54,603 nucleotides of DNA from Octopus bimaculoides (GCF_001194135.2 NC_068981.1:93362443-93417045); one strand, 5' to 3'; numbered from the stretch's first letter, positions 36,393-49,420 are shown. Made by a program: numbers and translations. Notes: generated from the letters alone by a model not told the origin.

Positions 36393-37361
36393 ATATATAC
36401 TTTCGCTATATTTTTTGCTTTCGATACTTTCTTTGAAGCACGTCATGTGATGCTGTTGTTTTTATATAATGAATGCTTTCGTTACAATTGAGATATTCTA
36501 GAAAATTTTATATTGTGGATGTGTTTTATAGGTGAAATATTCGTCTAAAAATATTTCCTATCATTAAGGTTTATAGTTAATAGATATTGGTCTACATTCT
36601 TTAACCCCTTGTCGCCTTGTTTTAAGACGTTTGAAGCCTGATAGTTATAGTAATATCTTGTTCCGATAGTTTACGTTCGTTGCCTTTCAATTGTTTTGGT
36701 CTTACAGATTGTTGGGTAGAAATGTCTATTAGTTCTTGTTCTTTAATTATTCTATATATTTACAGTTCTAGTTTGTTTATTCCCTGCGTTATTCATATTT
36801 TCCGTTTTATATAATGACAACTTGTTTTCGACTATGTTCAGTACATTTTGTGAGATAGCTCGTTTTAATATTCTATGGTTTTTAAGTTCCATAATTCTTC
36901 GGGTAGTAATGTCTATTTTGATGATAGTTATGTTGTCAATGTTTTTTTTTGTTTGTTTGTTTTTTTGTTTTTTGTTTTTTTTGTTACCGTGCTTCGTATT
37001 AGCGAGTAGTTAAAAATTTATACCTGAGACTTGATGTTTGTATTGGTAACATTAATCAGTATTGACGTAATGGACATGTGATAATGTTCCGCTTCCCGCT
37101 TTTTGTTTATGAATTCCCAATCAGCGTTTACGGTTTAAATACTGTTGATACCCTTTTACTGAATGGTACAGCCAAGTTATGGAAATTATAATAATATCCG
37201 ACAGGCAGTAATAATGGTTGTATACATTTGATGTGCTTTTTCACAATGAAACTTCGTGTGTTCTAGCGGTTTTAAGTTTGCCTTTATTGAATTTTAAGTC
37301 CTCGTAGTGTTATACTTGTTTAGGGGTTCTTTGATTTTTGGGGGGTGGGGTGATTCTGTTG

Positions 37362-37610
37362 TACGTGAAGGCGCGTGGACAAGTGGTTTGAGTGTTCCAC
37401 TCACATTTGCTTTCATTCGCAAACCGGCGAAGCGTTCTCTTCTTCAACGAATTATTTCATTTTTCGTTGCACCAGTCCACTCAACTGTAAGCTGGTAACC
37501 CTGCGACGGACTGACGTTTCTCTTTAGGAGAAATACTAGTCAGTCTGCCTAGCCAGTGGCTACAAGAATGCGACGAAGAGCATTGTGACCAGTGGTGTGT
37601 AATCACCAGC
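37362..37610 (+). mobile_element. Degenerate tRNA-derived SINE (family-3-related head)
   Basis: GTGAAGGCGCGTGGACAAGTGG head and CCAGTCCACTCAACTGT core. Confidence 0.55.
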
Positions 37611-38084
37611 GGCAGTGTTGTCCATACATAGATACAATGATTATACCATACATTTATATTGCGTGATGGTCCTTATAGGTATTCTAATTCTGGTGTGCGT
37701 AATAGTTCTTGAGGCATTTCCTGTTTATGAATATTTTGTTACAGAAAATTATTTGTGCATGCGTGTGTACATGTCGATAAATATGTAGTGTGTGTCTGTG
37801 TGCTAGTGTGTTTGTGTGTATGCGCGTGTGTGCGCCCGTGCGTGTCTGTGTGTGCTTGTGTGTAACTTAATGTAATATTCATAATTATTAATAGATCTCG
37901 CTCAGAATTTCCCACCATGAATTTAAGTCATTTGAACAAATGAATTGCCAGGCTCAATAACTTAGTATGTGAATGGCTGATAGTTACACGGGAAAAAATA
38001 TACCTTTAATGTAATTGTCAAACAGAGTCAATGTGACTAGAGGCCTGGTAACGTCCCAGAACCTGAGAGACTTAGTGACACATA

Positions 38085-40270
38085 ATCAAGTAATATACAT
38101 GGCACTGACAGAAACGCATATAAACGTGGATATATCAGATGCTGAGATACACACACCAATGCATGTTGCTTCAAACTGACAGGAGAGAAAGGACTCATGG
38201 TGGAATAGCAATGTACATCCGGGAATATGTCATGCCTGTGGTTCTGCTGTTACACTCAAACGCAGTCTGTGACACTCTGATGGTACATATTAGACAGATG
38301 AAAATGGTAATATGTACTACATATCGCCCACCAGATGCTCCAAACCATGAAGACTCATTTGAAGAGAACCTCTAAAAGATGTAAGAAGCATTATTCAGCC
38401 TGTATGACCGTCTGCACATGCCACTTCTAAGGGACTTCAGCCTCACTAATGTCGAATGGCCTGAGAACCGCCTTCTCTCAGATATGTCACTGCATGGACA
38501 GAGACAAGCAGAGTCTCTCCCCGACCTCACAAACATGCTCTTCATGGAGCAAATAGTGCTCCACCCAACAAGGGAAAATGTCCCTGATCTTTCACAAAGC
38601 TGATTGGAAGTGTATTGAGAAAGAGGTCATGGAACACAAGTGGTCTACCAGTCTCCCTCCGCAAAATATTAACATAAAGTTGCAGCGCTTTATGTCAATC
38701 ATGAACGACATATGCAGTAAGTTTGCTCGAGAGAAAATGCCAAACCAACAGAAAAGTATAATTCCTAGTGACAGGAGGATTCTAATGAGACGACGAGCAA
38801 AAATCTCAAACCGACCAAATGGGCCATTAAAGGACAGAAAACGATCCTATCTCAGACAATCATTGCTCGAGATTGAAAATGCATTCAAATACTCCCATGA
38901 AAAGAAGAGGGCAGAAGAAGCGAGGAATGTCAGAAATATTAAGATAAACCCTAAAACCTTCTATAGATATTTAAAAGAGTCTGTTTCAGTACGATGCAAT
39001 ATAGGGCCACTGTTCGAAGCAAATGGTTCACCGTCTACAAGGGATTAGTGAAATACTGAATGTGCCCCTCTCCATTATGGTACTTACAAGTAGATATGCC
39101 TGATGAGTTCTTCGGCAACACAGCTCTACACAAAGAAATGGCAATTACTGATAACATCAAAATACAAGAAACAATTGTAATATCAGCCATTCGTAAAATG
39201 AGCTCAAACTCAATTACAGGCCCTGGTGGATTGCCAGCAATCTTCCTAAAGAAACGCAAAAGGGCTCTCGCAAGACCACTACAGATTTTCTTTCTGGAGC
39301 TCCGTCGCAACTGGGAGACTTGTCAAAAAATTAAAGGAAGGCACAATATATCCTACCCATAAGGGAGGTAGCAGAGCGAACGCTAAAAATTATAGACCTG
39401 TCTCTCTAATCTCCCATGTCAGCAAAATCATGGAACGCTTTGTCAGGAGGAAACTGATTGCATTCTTTGAAGGTAATGACTTACTCCATGATACTCAGCA
39501 TGGCTTCCACTCAATTAGAAACAACATTATGTCTGGGTATTGAAACAATGAATCGTTCGAATGTGGATGCTACATATCTCGATGTTGCAAAGGCCTTTGA
39601 TAAGGTCGGTCACGGGATGATATGTCACAAGCTACAGAGACTCGGCATAGTCGGAAAACTGGAAGAGTTGTTGCATGACTTCTTAGCAGACAGAAGCCAG
39701 GCTGTTGTGGCCAATGGAGCCCTCTCTAAAGAGTCAGTAATAGAGGGTGGTGTGCCTCAGGGATCTGTATTGGGGCCGCTACTGTATTTGGTAGCTCTTT
39801 TAGACATGCCATCAGTTACACAGACAACCATACTTACTACCTATGACGAAAAAAAAGCAGTACGAACAGACTAGGAACCTTCTGATGCTAATCTTCAACA
39901 GAAAGACCTAGATGCTATGTATAAACGGGTTGACGAAAACAACATGCAATTTAATGCAAGTAAATTCCAAGCCCTCCGCTACCAGCGAATTGGTACTAAC
40001 AAGCCGCCACAACAATACTTTAGACCGAAAGGAGTGGCAATCCCAGAGTCATGTACGATGCGTGATCCGGGATAGATATCACCAACGATGCCTCGTTTCA
40101 TGTACATATCACCAAGATTGTGGCAATGTGCAGGCAGACGGGAATGGCCATATAGATTCTAAGAATCTTTAGAGCAATGCTGGTTCTATGAAGGACATTT
40201 GTACTCAGCAGTCTGAACTACTACTCTCAACTGTCATCCTCACTCAGAGTCAAATTAATAGAACTCTCAG
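38085..40270 (+). mobile_element. Decayed CR1-group LINE ORF2 (APE endonuclease and RT)
   Basis: ALTETH, DRRERTHGG, YRPP, MEQIV.HPTR, KNYRPVSL.S.VSKIMER, QHGF, YLDVAKAFDKV, GVPQGSVLGPLL, NNMQFNASKFQ; many stops, frameshifts and deletions. Confidence 0.93.
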
Positions 40271-40470
40271 TTCACTCAGCTGGCAAAAATGTGTAGTGCG
40301 AGTATTTCAAATGGCCGGCCTTATCACATTCTGCATAACGCTGAATTTCCCTGAGAACTACGCTAAGGGTACGCGTGTCTGTGGACGGCTCAGTCACTTG
40401 TACGTTAATTTCACGAGCCGGCTGTTCTGTTGATAAGATCAACTGGAACCCTCGTCATCGTAACCAGATT
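40270..40470 (+). mobile_element. SINE 3' portion (family 4)
   Basis: CAGTTCACTCAGCTGG core shared with family 3, then GTTAATTTCACGAGCCGGCTGTTC...GATCAACTGGAACCCTCG; partly recall. Confidence 0.55.
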
Positions 40471-40574
40471 TTTTTTATTTACGTTGCGTGTTGTATATAC
40501 AAAGACAGTGCATTTGAGTGTTGCATCAGCTACTGTAATATCAAACTTTGAGAGTGACATTATTAGCGCATGTT

Positions 40575-40725
40575 GCGGTTAGTAAAAACTTATACACTCC
40601 TTGTTTCCTTTGTGTGGAAGAGCGAAGGCTCGAAACGTTAAACACATTTTCAATTCCCGAGCGTTACACTAATACGTCTGTTTGTTTTCTACACCACCTG
40701 GCTTCGTCTTTTGTTTTTTGTGAAT
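40575..40725 (+). mobile_element. PLE-type terminal fragment with degenerate hammerhead-like motif
   Basis: GAA-GAGC GAAG GCTC-GAAA-CG-TT; 5' core non-canonical (GTGTGGA). Confidence 0.35.
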
Positions 40726-42191
40726 TCTCCCGATATATACATATACATGTATATATATATATATATATNNNNNNNNNNNNNNNNNNNNNNNNNNNNNNNN
40801 NNNNNNNNNNNNNNNNNNATATATACATCAAAATACAAGCGCTGGGTCGATTGTTCCATTCTTGACAAAAGATGTTGATTGATACAGTAGAATAAGAACT
40901 ACGTCAGCTAATTTCTACCACTTGAATTCGGTATAAACTTCTCTACAGGGATTTTTTTCAGCTGCAAATGTATATAACGTGTACCAGTAAAATACTGACC
41001 TGAATTCAATTGACAATATTCCATTCTTAAAAATACATCATTTAGCCAAACAAAAAATAACGATTGCTTTTGCAATTTTCTTTTCGGTTTTCTTTTCAAT
41101 TCATTTTTTCCATATATTTCTTCTCGTTTGTTCTTCGACTGTATCTACATTTTTCATTGACTTTCCAGGGTACTTATAAATATAAGTTACTTATTTGCAA
41201 TCCTATTATATCCTTTTCTTTGTACATTTTAGAGACAACAAAAGACGTAGATTAGAAAATGTTAATAAGTATGTTGCCTAAGCAATTCGTGAATTAAGAA
41301 AACAAAATGAAACCGAGATGTGAATGCTTTATAACAATGGCCACCCACTCTATGTGGTGATATCATTCAATTAGAGTGTCTCATGAAAATGAATATTGAA
41401 AGTACTTTCCTGGACCAGAAAATCGTTCTGAGATAATTTACTCTTGAAAGCTTATTAATTTTCTCTTCTATTTTTCTATTTATTTTTCTGCTGTTTTTGT
41501 ATCAAAAATCGTTCAAAGATTCATAAAAAAAAATATTTTATTTATTTAGTGTATTTTATCGGTTCTTTAATTATTTTGTTTTTATCTATAGCTATAAATT
41601 CGCTAAACTAGCTAAGTGTTATTGGTAGTTCTTTCTATTTTATTTTTTCTATCACTGAATCTTTTTCATTGTGATCTCTTGACTGGGCTTTGGGTTATTT
41701 TATATTCTGGTCTATCAAATGTTATCATTGATAAATGATACATTGTTGCAAACACTTCGATGAATTGACTCTTTATTGATGCAAACACTCATTTGATATA
41801 TATCCATATATATATATATATATATATATANNNNNNNNNNNNNNNNNNNNNNNNNNNNNNNNNNNNNNNNNNNNNNNNNNNNNNNNNNNNNNNNNNNNNN
41901 NNNNNNNNNNNNNNNNNNNNNNNNNNNNNNNNNNNNNNNNNNNNNNNNNNNNNNNNNNNNNNNNNNNNNNNNNNNNNNNNNNNNNNNNNNNNNNNNNNNN
42001 NNNNNNNNNNNNNNNNNNNNNNNNNNNNNNNNNNNNNNNNNNNNNNNNNNNNNNGAAAGCAATGGATTAAGAAGTATAGGCCAATTTTCGAAACAAATTT
42101 AACTAACAATATTCGGTTTCCAAATCGTGGCAATATTGGCTTACATTTTTTCACCTCTGTATTATCAATAGTATAAATTATAAATACCATC

Positions 42192-42385
42192 GAGGTAGCA
42201 GAATCGTTAGCGCGCAGGGCAAAATACTTAGCGGCATTTCACCTGTTTTTCCACATTCTGCTGAGGTCGACTTTGCCTTTCATCGTTTCGGGATCGAGAA
42301 AATAAGAAGCATATGTTCACTGGGGACGATATACTTGACTTACCCACTCCCTCGTAATTGCTGACCTTGAGCCAACCTTTGAAGC
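42192..42385 (+). mobile_element. Family-1 SINE
   Basis: Head and core GAGGTCGACTTTGCCTTTCATC. Confidence 0.85.
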
Positions 42386-42481
42386 TATTAATTATAAATA
42401 CCAGCATCCTACGTGATCCGAATTTATTAACTATATCCACCCTTAGATATTTTGCTCATTTATCAGTATATGCTAAAAATA

Positions 42482-42700
42482 TTGGTTTCAAATGTTAACA
42501 CAAGGCCAGTAATTTGTGGGAGGTGGAGTTAAGTCGGTGACATCAACCCCAGGGCTCAAATGCTACTTATTTCATCGCCCCCGAGAGGATGAAAAGGTGA
42601 AAATCGACGTCGGTAGTTTTTGAACCCAGAGGATAAAGACGGATGAATTGCAGATAAGCTATTTGCCCGGCGTACTAACGATTCTGCCAGCTCTCCACCT
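42482..42700 (-). mobile_element. Family-1 SINE
   Basis: Reverse-complement head CTAACGATTCTGCCAGCTCTCCACCT and core. Confidence 0.85.
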
Positions 42701-42720
42701 CAATATTTGACATAGATATA

Positions 42721-42925
42721 GTAGCAAGCTGGAAGAATCGTCAGCATGATCGAACAAAATGGTTACCTACATTTTGCCAGTCATTACCTTCTAAGTTCTA
42801 AATCCGACGGGTTTCGCTTTACCTTTCATCCTTTGAGAGTCGATAAAATAAGTACCAGTTGATCACTGGGGTCGATGTACTTGACTCAATCCCTAAAAAT
42901 TGCCTTGTATCAAAATAAGAAAGGA
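42721..42925 (+). mobile_element. Family-1 SINE
   Basis: GCAAGCTGGAAGAATCGTCAGC head; CCTTTCATCCTTTGAGAGTCGATAAAATAAGTACCAG. Confidence 0.85.
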
Positions 42926-43296
42926 ATATTTGATACAGATATTAGCAAATCTTATAAATGAATTCTCTAATCATTATATATAAAATTATTTTATAGTCAT
43001 TTGTAACAAGTGAGACCCATAGAAACTCCACAGGACGAAAAGAATTCAGAGAAGCTATTTAACAACGGAAGGATTATTTGCATTTTTATTTTGATAAGTA
43101 TTTCACTTCCAGTCACAATAATATATTATATCTTAATATTTCCCTCTACTAAGCACTTTATATTTCTCTCTTTCTCACTCCACCACTTTAACAAGCATTT
43201 TAACCATGTATTTCCCGTGTTTATGTCTTTAATATTTCTTTCTTTCTCTTCACCTCTTCCACTAACTCTCAGTCTCTGTCTTTGTATCTCTTTTCT

Positions 43297-43299
<3 letters not shown>

Positions 43300-43340
<41 letters not shown>

Positions 43341-43381
43341 NNNNNNNNNNNNNNNNNNNNNNNNNNNNNNNNNNNNNNNNN

Positions 43382-43429
<48 letters not shown>

Positions 43430-43860
43430 CTCTCCTTAATGTAACTGCCTCTTGTGCATTTCTCTCATCTCCCATTCTTTAATCTCAACGCCAGAACATC
43501 ACCCACTGCTACATATTCTATTCTAAGCATATCTCTTTCTCTTTACCTTTCCCTCGCCACCCTACAGCATGTCGTTAACACTTCTCTGTCCCTCCTTTCT
43601 CTCACTGTCTTTTTCTCTTGCTCTTCTCGCCTCTCCAACTAACTACATGAGGCATTTGGTCTTAATATACCTCTTTTCTTACTTCTTCCTCATATTTTTC
43701 TTCTCTACTCACACTTTTCACTTTCTTCTCTCTCTTTCTCTCTCTTTCTCTCTTCTCTCTCTCTTTCTATCTTCTCTCTCTCTTTCTCTCTTCTCTCTCT
43801 TTCTCTCTTCTCTCTCTCTTTCTCTCTTCTCTCTCTCTTTCTCTCTTCTCTCTCTCTCTA

Positions 43861-43897
<37 letters not shown>

Positions 43898-43900
43898 CTT
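43300..43900. repeat. (CT)n and CT-rich degenerate tracts ending in (CA)n
   Basis: Direct inspection. Confidence 0.85.
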
Positions 43901-44124
43901 TTACTCCACCTCTCTCTCATTACACATCCAACTTTCTAACTAACTAAAGTATAACGGGTGAACGAACAAGCAGATTATTACACAGATAGTAAATGTTGGC
44001 AACGTATTCAAATTGTTTACTTGTAAAATATGTATAAATGCTTTTTAAAGAATAGTAAATTCCATTTATCTACATCATGATTGATAACAAAGCAGGAGCA
44101 CTCATTACATAAATATGTCCTCAA

Positions 44125-44793
44125 GAGTAAAGACCCCTTCGTTCAGGAGTGATCATAGGATTACATCTAAAGCGTTACCCTCCGAGACACAAGTCCGGGA
44201 AAGGTTGCTTATGAAAGACCAAAATACAAGAAACAGATGTAATATCTGCCATTCGGGAAATGAGCTCAAACTCAATTACCGGCCTTGGTGGATTACCAGC
44301 AAACCTCCTAAAGAAACGCAAAAGGGCTCTCGCAAGACCACTACAGATTTTCTTTCTGGAGCTCCGTCGCAACTGGGAGACTAGTCAAAAAATTAGAGGA
44401 AGGCACAATATATCCTACCCATAAGGGAGGTAGCAGAGCGAACGCTAAAAATTATAGACCTGTCTCTCTAACCTCCGATGTCAGCAAAATCATGGAATGC
44501 TTTGTCAGGAGGAAACTGATTGCGTTCTTTGAAGGTAATGACTTACTCCATGCATACCATCCTCCCCTTTCCACGCCATTAACGTTATCAAAGGCCAATA
44601 CAGCTTGGCACCAGTGACGTCGCAACTCATTTCTACAGCTGAGTGAACTGAAGCAACTAGAATGAAATAAAGTGAACTGGAGTGAAATAAAGTGTCTTGT
44701 TCAAGAACACAACACAGCCTCGTCCGTGACATCGGACTCACAATCTCACGACTGTAAGTCCGATGTTCTAACCACTGAGCCATCTGCCTTCAC
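44125..44793 (-). mobile_element. Family-3 tRNA-derived SINE interrupted by a 333-bp LINE fragment
   Basis: Head GTGAAGGCAGATGGCTCAGTGGTTAGA...GAGTCCGATGTC, body GTGTTCTTGAACAAGACAC...CACTCAGCTGTAGAAATGAG. Confidence 0.88.
44220..44552 (+). repeat. Duplicate of LINE segment 39158-39490
   Basis: 333 bp, about 16 mismatches by manual alignment, same frameshift. Confidence 0.93.
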
Positions 44794-44819
44794 TAAATAT
44801 GTCCTTGATACACCGTTAA

Positions 44820-44995
44820 CAATCCACGCCGGAAAAAAAGTTTAGCGGTATTTCGTTCGTCTTTACATTCTGAGTTCAAATTGCGCCGAGGTCGACTTTA
44901 CCTTTTACCCTTCCAAGGTTGATAAAATAAGTACTAGTCGAGCACTTGCATCGATGTAATGGATTTACTCCCTCACCTGAACTTTCTGGCATACA
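44820..44995 (+). mobile_element. Family-1 SINE, 5'-eroded
   Basis: TTAGCGGTATTTCG...GAGTTCAAATTGCGCCGAGGTCGAC core. Confidence 0.85.
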
Positions 44996-45489
44996 TATAT
45001 GTGTATATGAGTGTGTATATGTGTGCGCACGCGTGTGTCTGTGTGTGAGTGTGTGTCTGTGTGTGCACGTGCGTGCGTATGCGTGCGTGTGTGCATGTGT
45101 GCATACTGCTCTCAGACGATTATAGATAGCTTTAGATGCAGTGATATTTTTGTGTCTCTAATAACCACTGTAGAATACACAAGCTAGTTTTTGCTCCTCT
45201 ATCTACGATAAAAGTCATTGAAATTGGATTTTCAAACAGGATGGGTTTTGGGTGTTTCACAGAGACTGCATGTCTCAGAAATCCTTTGGTTCATACATGG
45301 TCAGCTCTATTATATTGTGATGGGACACATTATGGATGAGATCCGTATTGTCTATGAAGCAGCGATCAAGTTGTTACGCACTACATCAGCATAATTTTGT
45401 TTCAGTGCAGGTGATGCACGAATTTTTCATTTCTAGCGTCTTCCTTTATCTTTCGATCGATTTAGAAGGAAGTCTTTGTCCTGCTTCTT

Positions 45490-45840
45490 CTATCTGCGGC
45501 ACTGTTTTGGCTGTGGTAAAAGGCAGTTTGCACCGTTGTTTCCATGCCAGCAAACACAGCGCGGGTAGAATTTTACACACTTGTGTGTGTTCTCTTCTTC
45601 TCAATTTTGTTGTCTGGGATCTTTCTTACCCCAGTTTCTCTTTTCTTTTAAAGTATCGGTATCTCCGCGTAAGGGCACTCTAACCTGTTTCTTTCGTTGT
45701 TTGTTCTTCTTGGGAGTTGTTTTTTTGTTGTTGTTTTTTCTTAATTTGTATTTGTGTCGTCGTCATCGTTTTGTTCTTGTTTGTTTTCAGAGTAATTTGA
45801 TTTCCTTTCTTCAGTTTCTTTACCGTTTTTAGCCCTTTCA
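45490..45840 (-). mobile_element. Probable LINE ORF1 remnant with CCCH-like zinc finger
   Basis: A-rich low-complexity stretch then VCKFYPRCVCWHGNNGANCLLPQPKQCRR, resembling C..Y..G.C.HG..G..C.F.HP..C of CR1-group ORF1s. Confidence 0.5.
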
Positions 45841-46067
45841 TCTCTTAAGTTATTTACATTTGTGGAGATAAGGCCATTAGTCCCTGGCAGTTATTTAACA
45901 CATGGTTTTCTATTTGTTCCATTTGCATTCTGTAGAGCCAAGAGAACATCTTTCACTGACATCTGTGTCTCCATCATTGTCATGTTCTTTGTGTATATTT
46001 GAGTATATATCCATAATTTTTAAATAGATATGTTCCCATGTACACACATAACTCAATAGATAGATAG

Positions 46068-46071
46068 ATAA

Positions 46072-46124
<53 letters not shown>

Positions 46125-46142
46125 GCGAGAGAGAGAGAGAGA

Positions 46143-46173
<31 letters not shown>

Positions 46174-46210
46174 GGGGAGAGAGAGAAAGAGAGAGAAGAG
46201 AGAGAGAGGA
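46068..46210. repeat. (ATAG)n/(AG)n microsatellite
   Basis: Direct inspection. Confidence 0.95.
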
Positions 46211-46789
46211 CTTGTGTAAGGCACAGAGAGAAAGAGAAAATATAAGTTTTTAGATTTGATTGTTTTAAACCGAGGGCTAGAAGAGAAATCGAGAAAAATT
46301 ATGTAATTAATTAATTAATTAGTGGTTGAAAACGGACAGCAGCATAAACTACGTCAATAGGATATGAAATTCAAGTTGCCAATCAGTCTACAATTTTATC
46401 AGCTTTTACAAATCCATGTGTTTAAAGGCATTCGAGATCATGAAGTACAAGTGTAAACAAAGCAACTTTTGGCTACGATATTGTGGTTCGTAAAAGTAAC
46501 TAAACCTTGACTTTAGCTACAAATGATCTCTAGTAGGAGTCACTACATACGTCCGTTCAGAATTCTTAATTAATTATCGAAGTTTTCCTGAGAACTATAA
46601 TATCATATACTTTGTGTTCTTCAAGGAAGATACTCCAACACAGGCAAGTATTTTGTAGGTTGAGCGAGAATTTTGTCTATATGATGTGATGATACTTATA
46701 ACCGTTATATATCTACATCAGAAAACATTATCGATTTCGTACTCAAAAGGTATTTTGTAATTGGTTAAAGCTTTTTCAACGAGCGATAA

Positions 46790-47830
46790 ATCACATATGC
46801 GGAAGGCAGGCCGCCATATATATAAACAACCGCAATCCCTAAAAAAGTACTCACCAGCGCCAATTTACCCACCAAAAATACAACCCCACTAGTCAAAAAG
46901 TGCAACCACCCTAACTTCGGAACTTCGATCTTCTTATGGGGTTCATCATACAAAATTAAGTCGGGTCAGACTTTTACCATAAAAAATTGCTTCACCTGTG
47001 TTTCGAAGAACTTAATCTATGTCCTCAAATGAGGAGGGTGTGGTGGAGACTACCTAGGTCAAACTTGTTTAATCTTGAGGGACAGACTAAGGGTGCATAG
47101 GCAACAAATCTGGAACCCCACGACGAGAAAAATTCCCGTAAGCAAACACCTAGACCAATGCTCCGTAAACATAAACCCGAAATACCTAATCTTCCCTCTC
47201 CATCAATGTACCGGAAGCACTTCAACCAAATTCCATTTAAATATGGAAAGCATACTCATTAAAAAATATAAACCACAACCAAATATCCTTTACAAAGAAG
47301 AAAAAAACGCTAGAGAGAAAAAGGAAAAAGACAATTTCTCCACACAAAAAACAACCGGGTACAACAGACAATTTTTAAAAACTTTAGTAACAGTTTTCCA
47401 TCCGGGTTTCGAAACCGCAACTCCAAATTACCATACAATAAAACCATGCAGACAGCAGTTGGCGACGTCAGCTAACTAACTCTAGACTATGAAATTTTAC
47501 AAACACCAGTTGCTGACGTTACCTAACTCTAGACCAATGAAATTTTCCTTCCAATCAAAACCGAACTTCACCAAATACAGCAAAATGACCCATTAAAGAA
47601 TCAACCGACTGGAACAGCTGATGACCGTTCCCCACAGGGAAGCCAACCAGGCAGAACGACAAACTTGACCACCAGAAACACAAGACGTCACCAGTGATGT
47701 AACGAATCACAAATCAGATCCGTTCGCGGAAACTTACAAATACACAGGATTCCAAAAGACACCGTTACAAGCGAAAGTTCCAGCACACGACTGAAAGAGA
47801 ATCACAGAAACTGTAAACCAAGTCCCTTTT
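46790..47830 (+). mobile_element. Penelope-like element remnant: GIY-YIG endonuclease and 3' region
   Basis: KQPQSLKK, VKKCNHPN, FTCVSKNLIYVLK*GGCGGDYLGQT..LRDRLRVHRQQI...SKHLDQC...IFPLHQC...IKKYKPQPN; 3' boundary approximate. Confidence 0.88.
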
Positions 47831-49263
47831 TTTACTATCTTCATTTCTCCCTTGTTTTTCTCCCTCTTAACTCAATATGACTGAAACTTTGATGATATTC
47901 ATTTCTTTTCGGACCGCTACTAACATTATTGATTTTTGTACATTTAAACAAGTTGATCAACAGTTTTTATATTATTGACAGTTATGAACATTTAAACTTG
48001 TCAACATTGAAACTTTTAAACATGCTTTTGTAATTCAAAATCCTAAATTTTTACCATAGATAAACAAAAAATATTATTGAAACTAGTTTGGTATATATGT
48101 AAAAAATTTATTTTAAGACAATTACAAGTTTTTCAAATTTAGGTGCATTTTCAACAACATATTGGCCTATATGTGTATATGTGTGTGTGTGTGAGTGTGC
48201 GTGTATGTACATATATGTATATATATATATATATATTTATGTGTGCGTGTGTGTATGTATGTATATATTTGCAGAGAGAGAGAGACAGGAAGTCAGACAG
48301 ACAGACAGAGAAATACAGATAGGTAAGGTGTGAGCGAGTGAGAGACGTAGTAGTGACAGGAAGATGTGAACGAGTGAGAGATGTAGTAGTGACAGATAAC
48401 GAGATATGTATCATTATATAGTATCAAAACAATAAAATCCACACTAGTTCGACGTTTGTTTATTTCAGAAGTAACGTCTGAGATTATTATTAAAACTGAA
48501 AACATTCTGGTAAATTTATAACCTTATTTTATGACGTTTCATTGAGTAAAACTATGTCCAATTCCCTTGGTCCTTTGTACATTTGATGTTTGTGATAATC
48601 AGTAATCATCTGATTTAAAGAAATATCCTATTAGTGTCTTGATTTCTCCTCAAACATTTATAGTGTTGTGATTTTCTCACATATCATTTCTTTATCATTT
48701 CAAAGTGAAATATTGTCAAAGAATAAATATTAATGATGTATTATGGCAATTATGACTAAACGATTCGAAGTAAAGTTAGGTCTATTATAGTCGAGAAGAA
48801 TAAAATCTTATTGACACAAATTATGAAATAATAAAACCAATTTATAGAAATATGTTGTTTAAAAAGAAGTTGTATTTGAATAGCATGGTATGTTTCGCTG
48901 TTGATTTATATTTCTCTGCAGAATATAGAAAATTAACTCTGAAACTTGTCTTGAAATATTCAACTTATCTGTACATGTCAATCATACTGTCTTTAATCGA
49001 ATTCTAAATAGTGCAATTCTCTGCTGGCCGGTCTCTCTTAATTCGGCTATTCTTTCCTTTGTTTTTCTATATAGTAAAAAGAAATCAATTTGCTGGCGGA
49101 AACATGAAACATCCAGAAAATCTATTTCTTGTAAGTTTGAACCAAACCCTTTTGTTTCTAAGAGCACCGGTGCAGTTATATAAACAGACACTTGTGAGCG
49201 CGCGAGATCGTCGTCACAAAATATACACGGTCAAAACAGGAACTTTCTTCATTCCTTTTACTC

Positions 49264-49327
49264 CCTCTCTCTCTCTCTCTTTTTTCTTTCTCTCTCTCTC
49301 TCTCTTTTTTCTTTCTCTCTCTCTCTT

Positions 49328-49392
<65 letters not shown>

Positions 49393-49420
49393 TTCTCTTT
49401 CACTCCTTCTCTCTACCTCT
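49264..49420. repeat. (CT)n tract
   Basis: Direct inspection. Confidence 0.93.

Noticed and set aside
36450-37330. T-rich block that could be an ancient minus-strand retroelement
   Set aside because: Only vague fragments (PFSKRVST, KECRP); too many stops to support a call.
46722-46756. Hammerhead-like string on minus strand (CTTTTGA-GTAC-GAAA-TCGA-TA)
   Set aside because: Essential G5 and A6 absent, stem II is 1 bp, no second copy.
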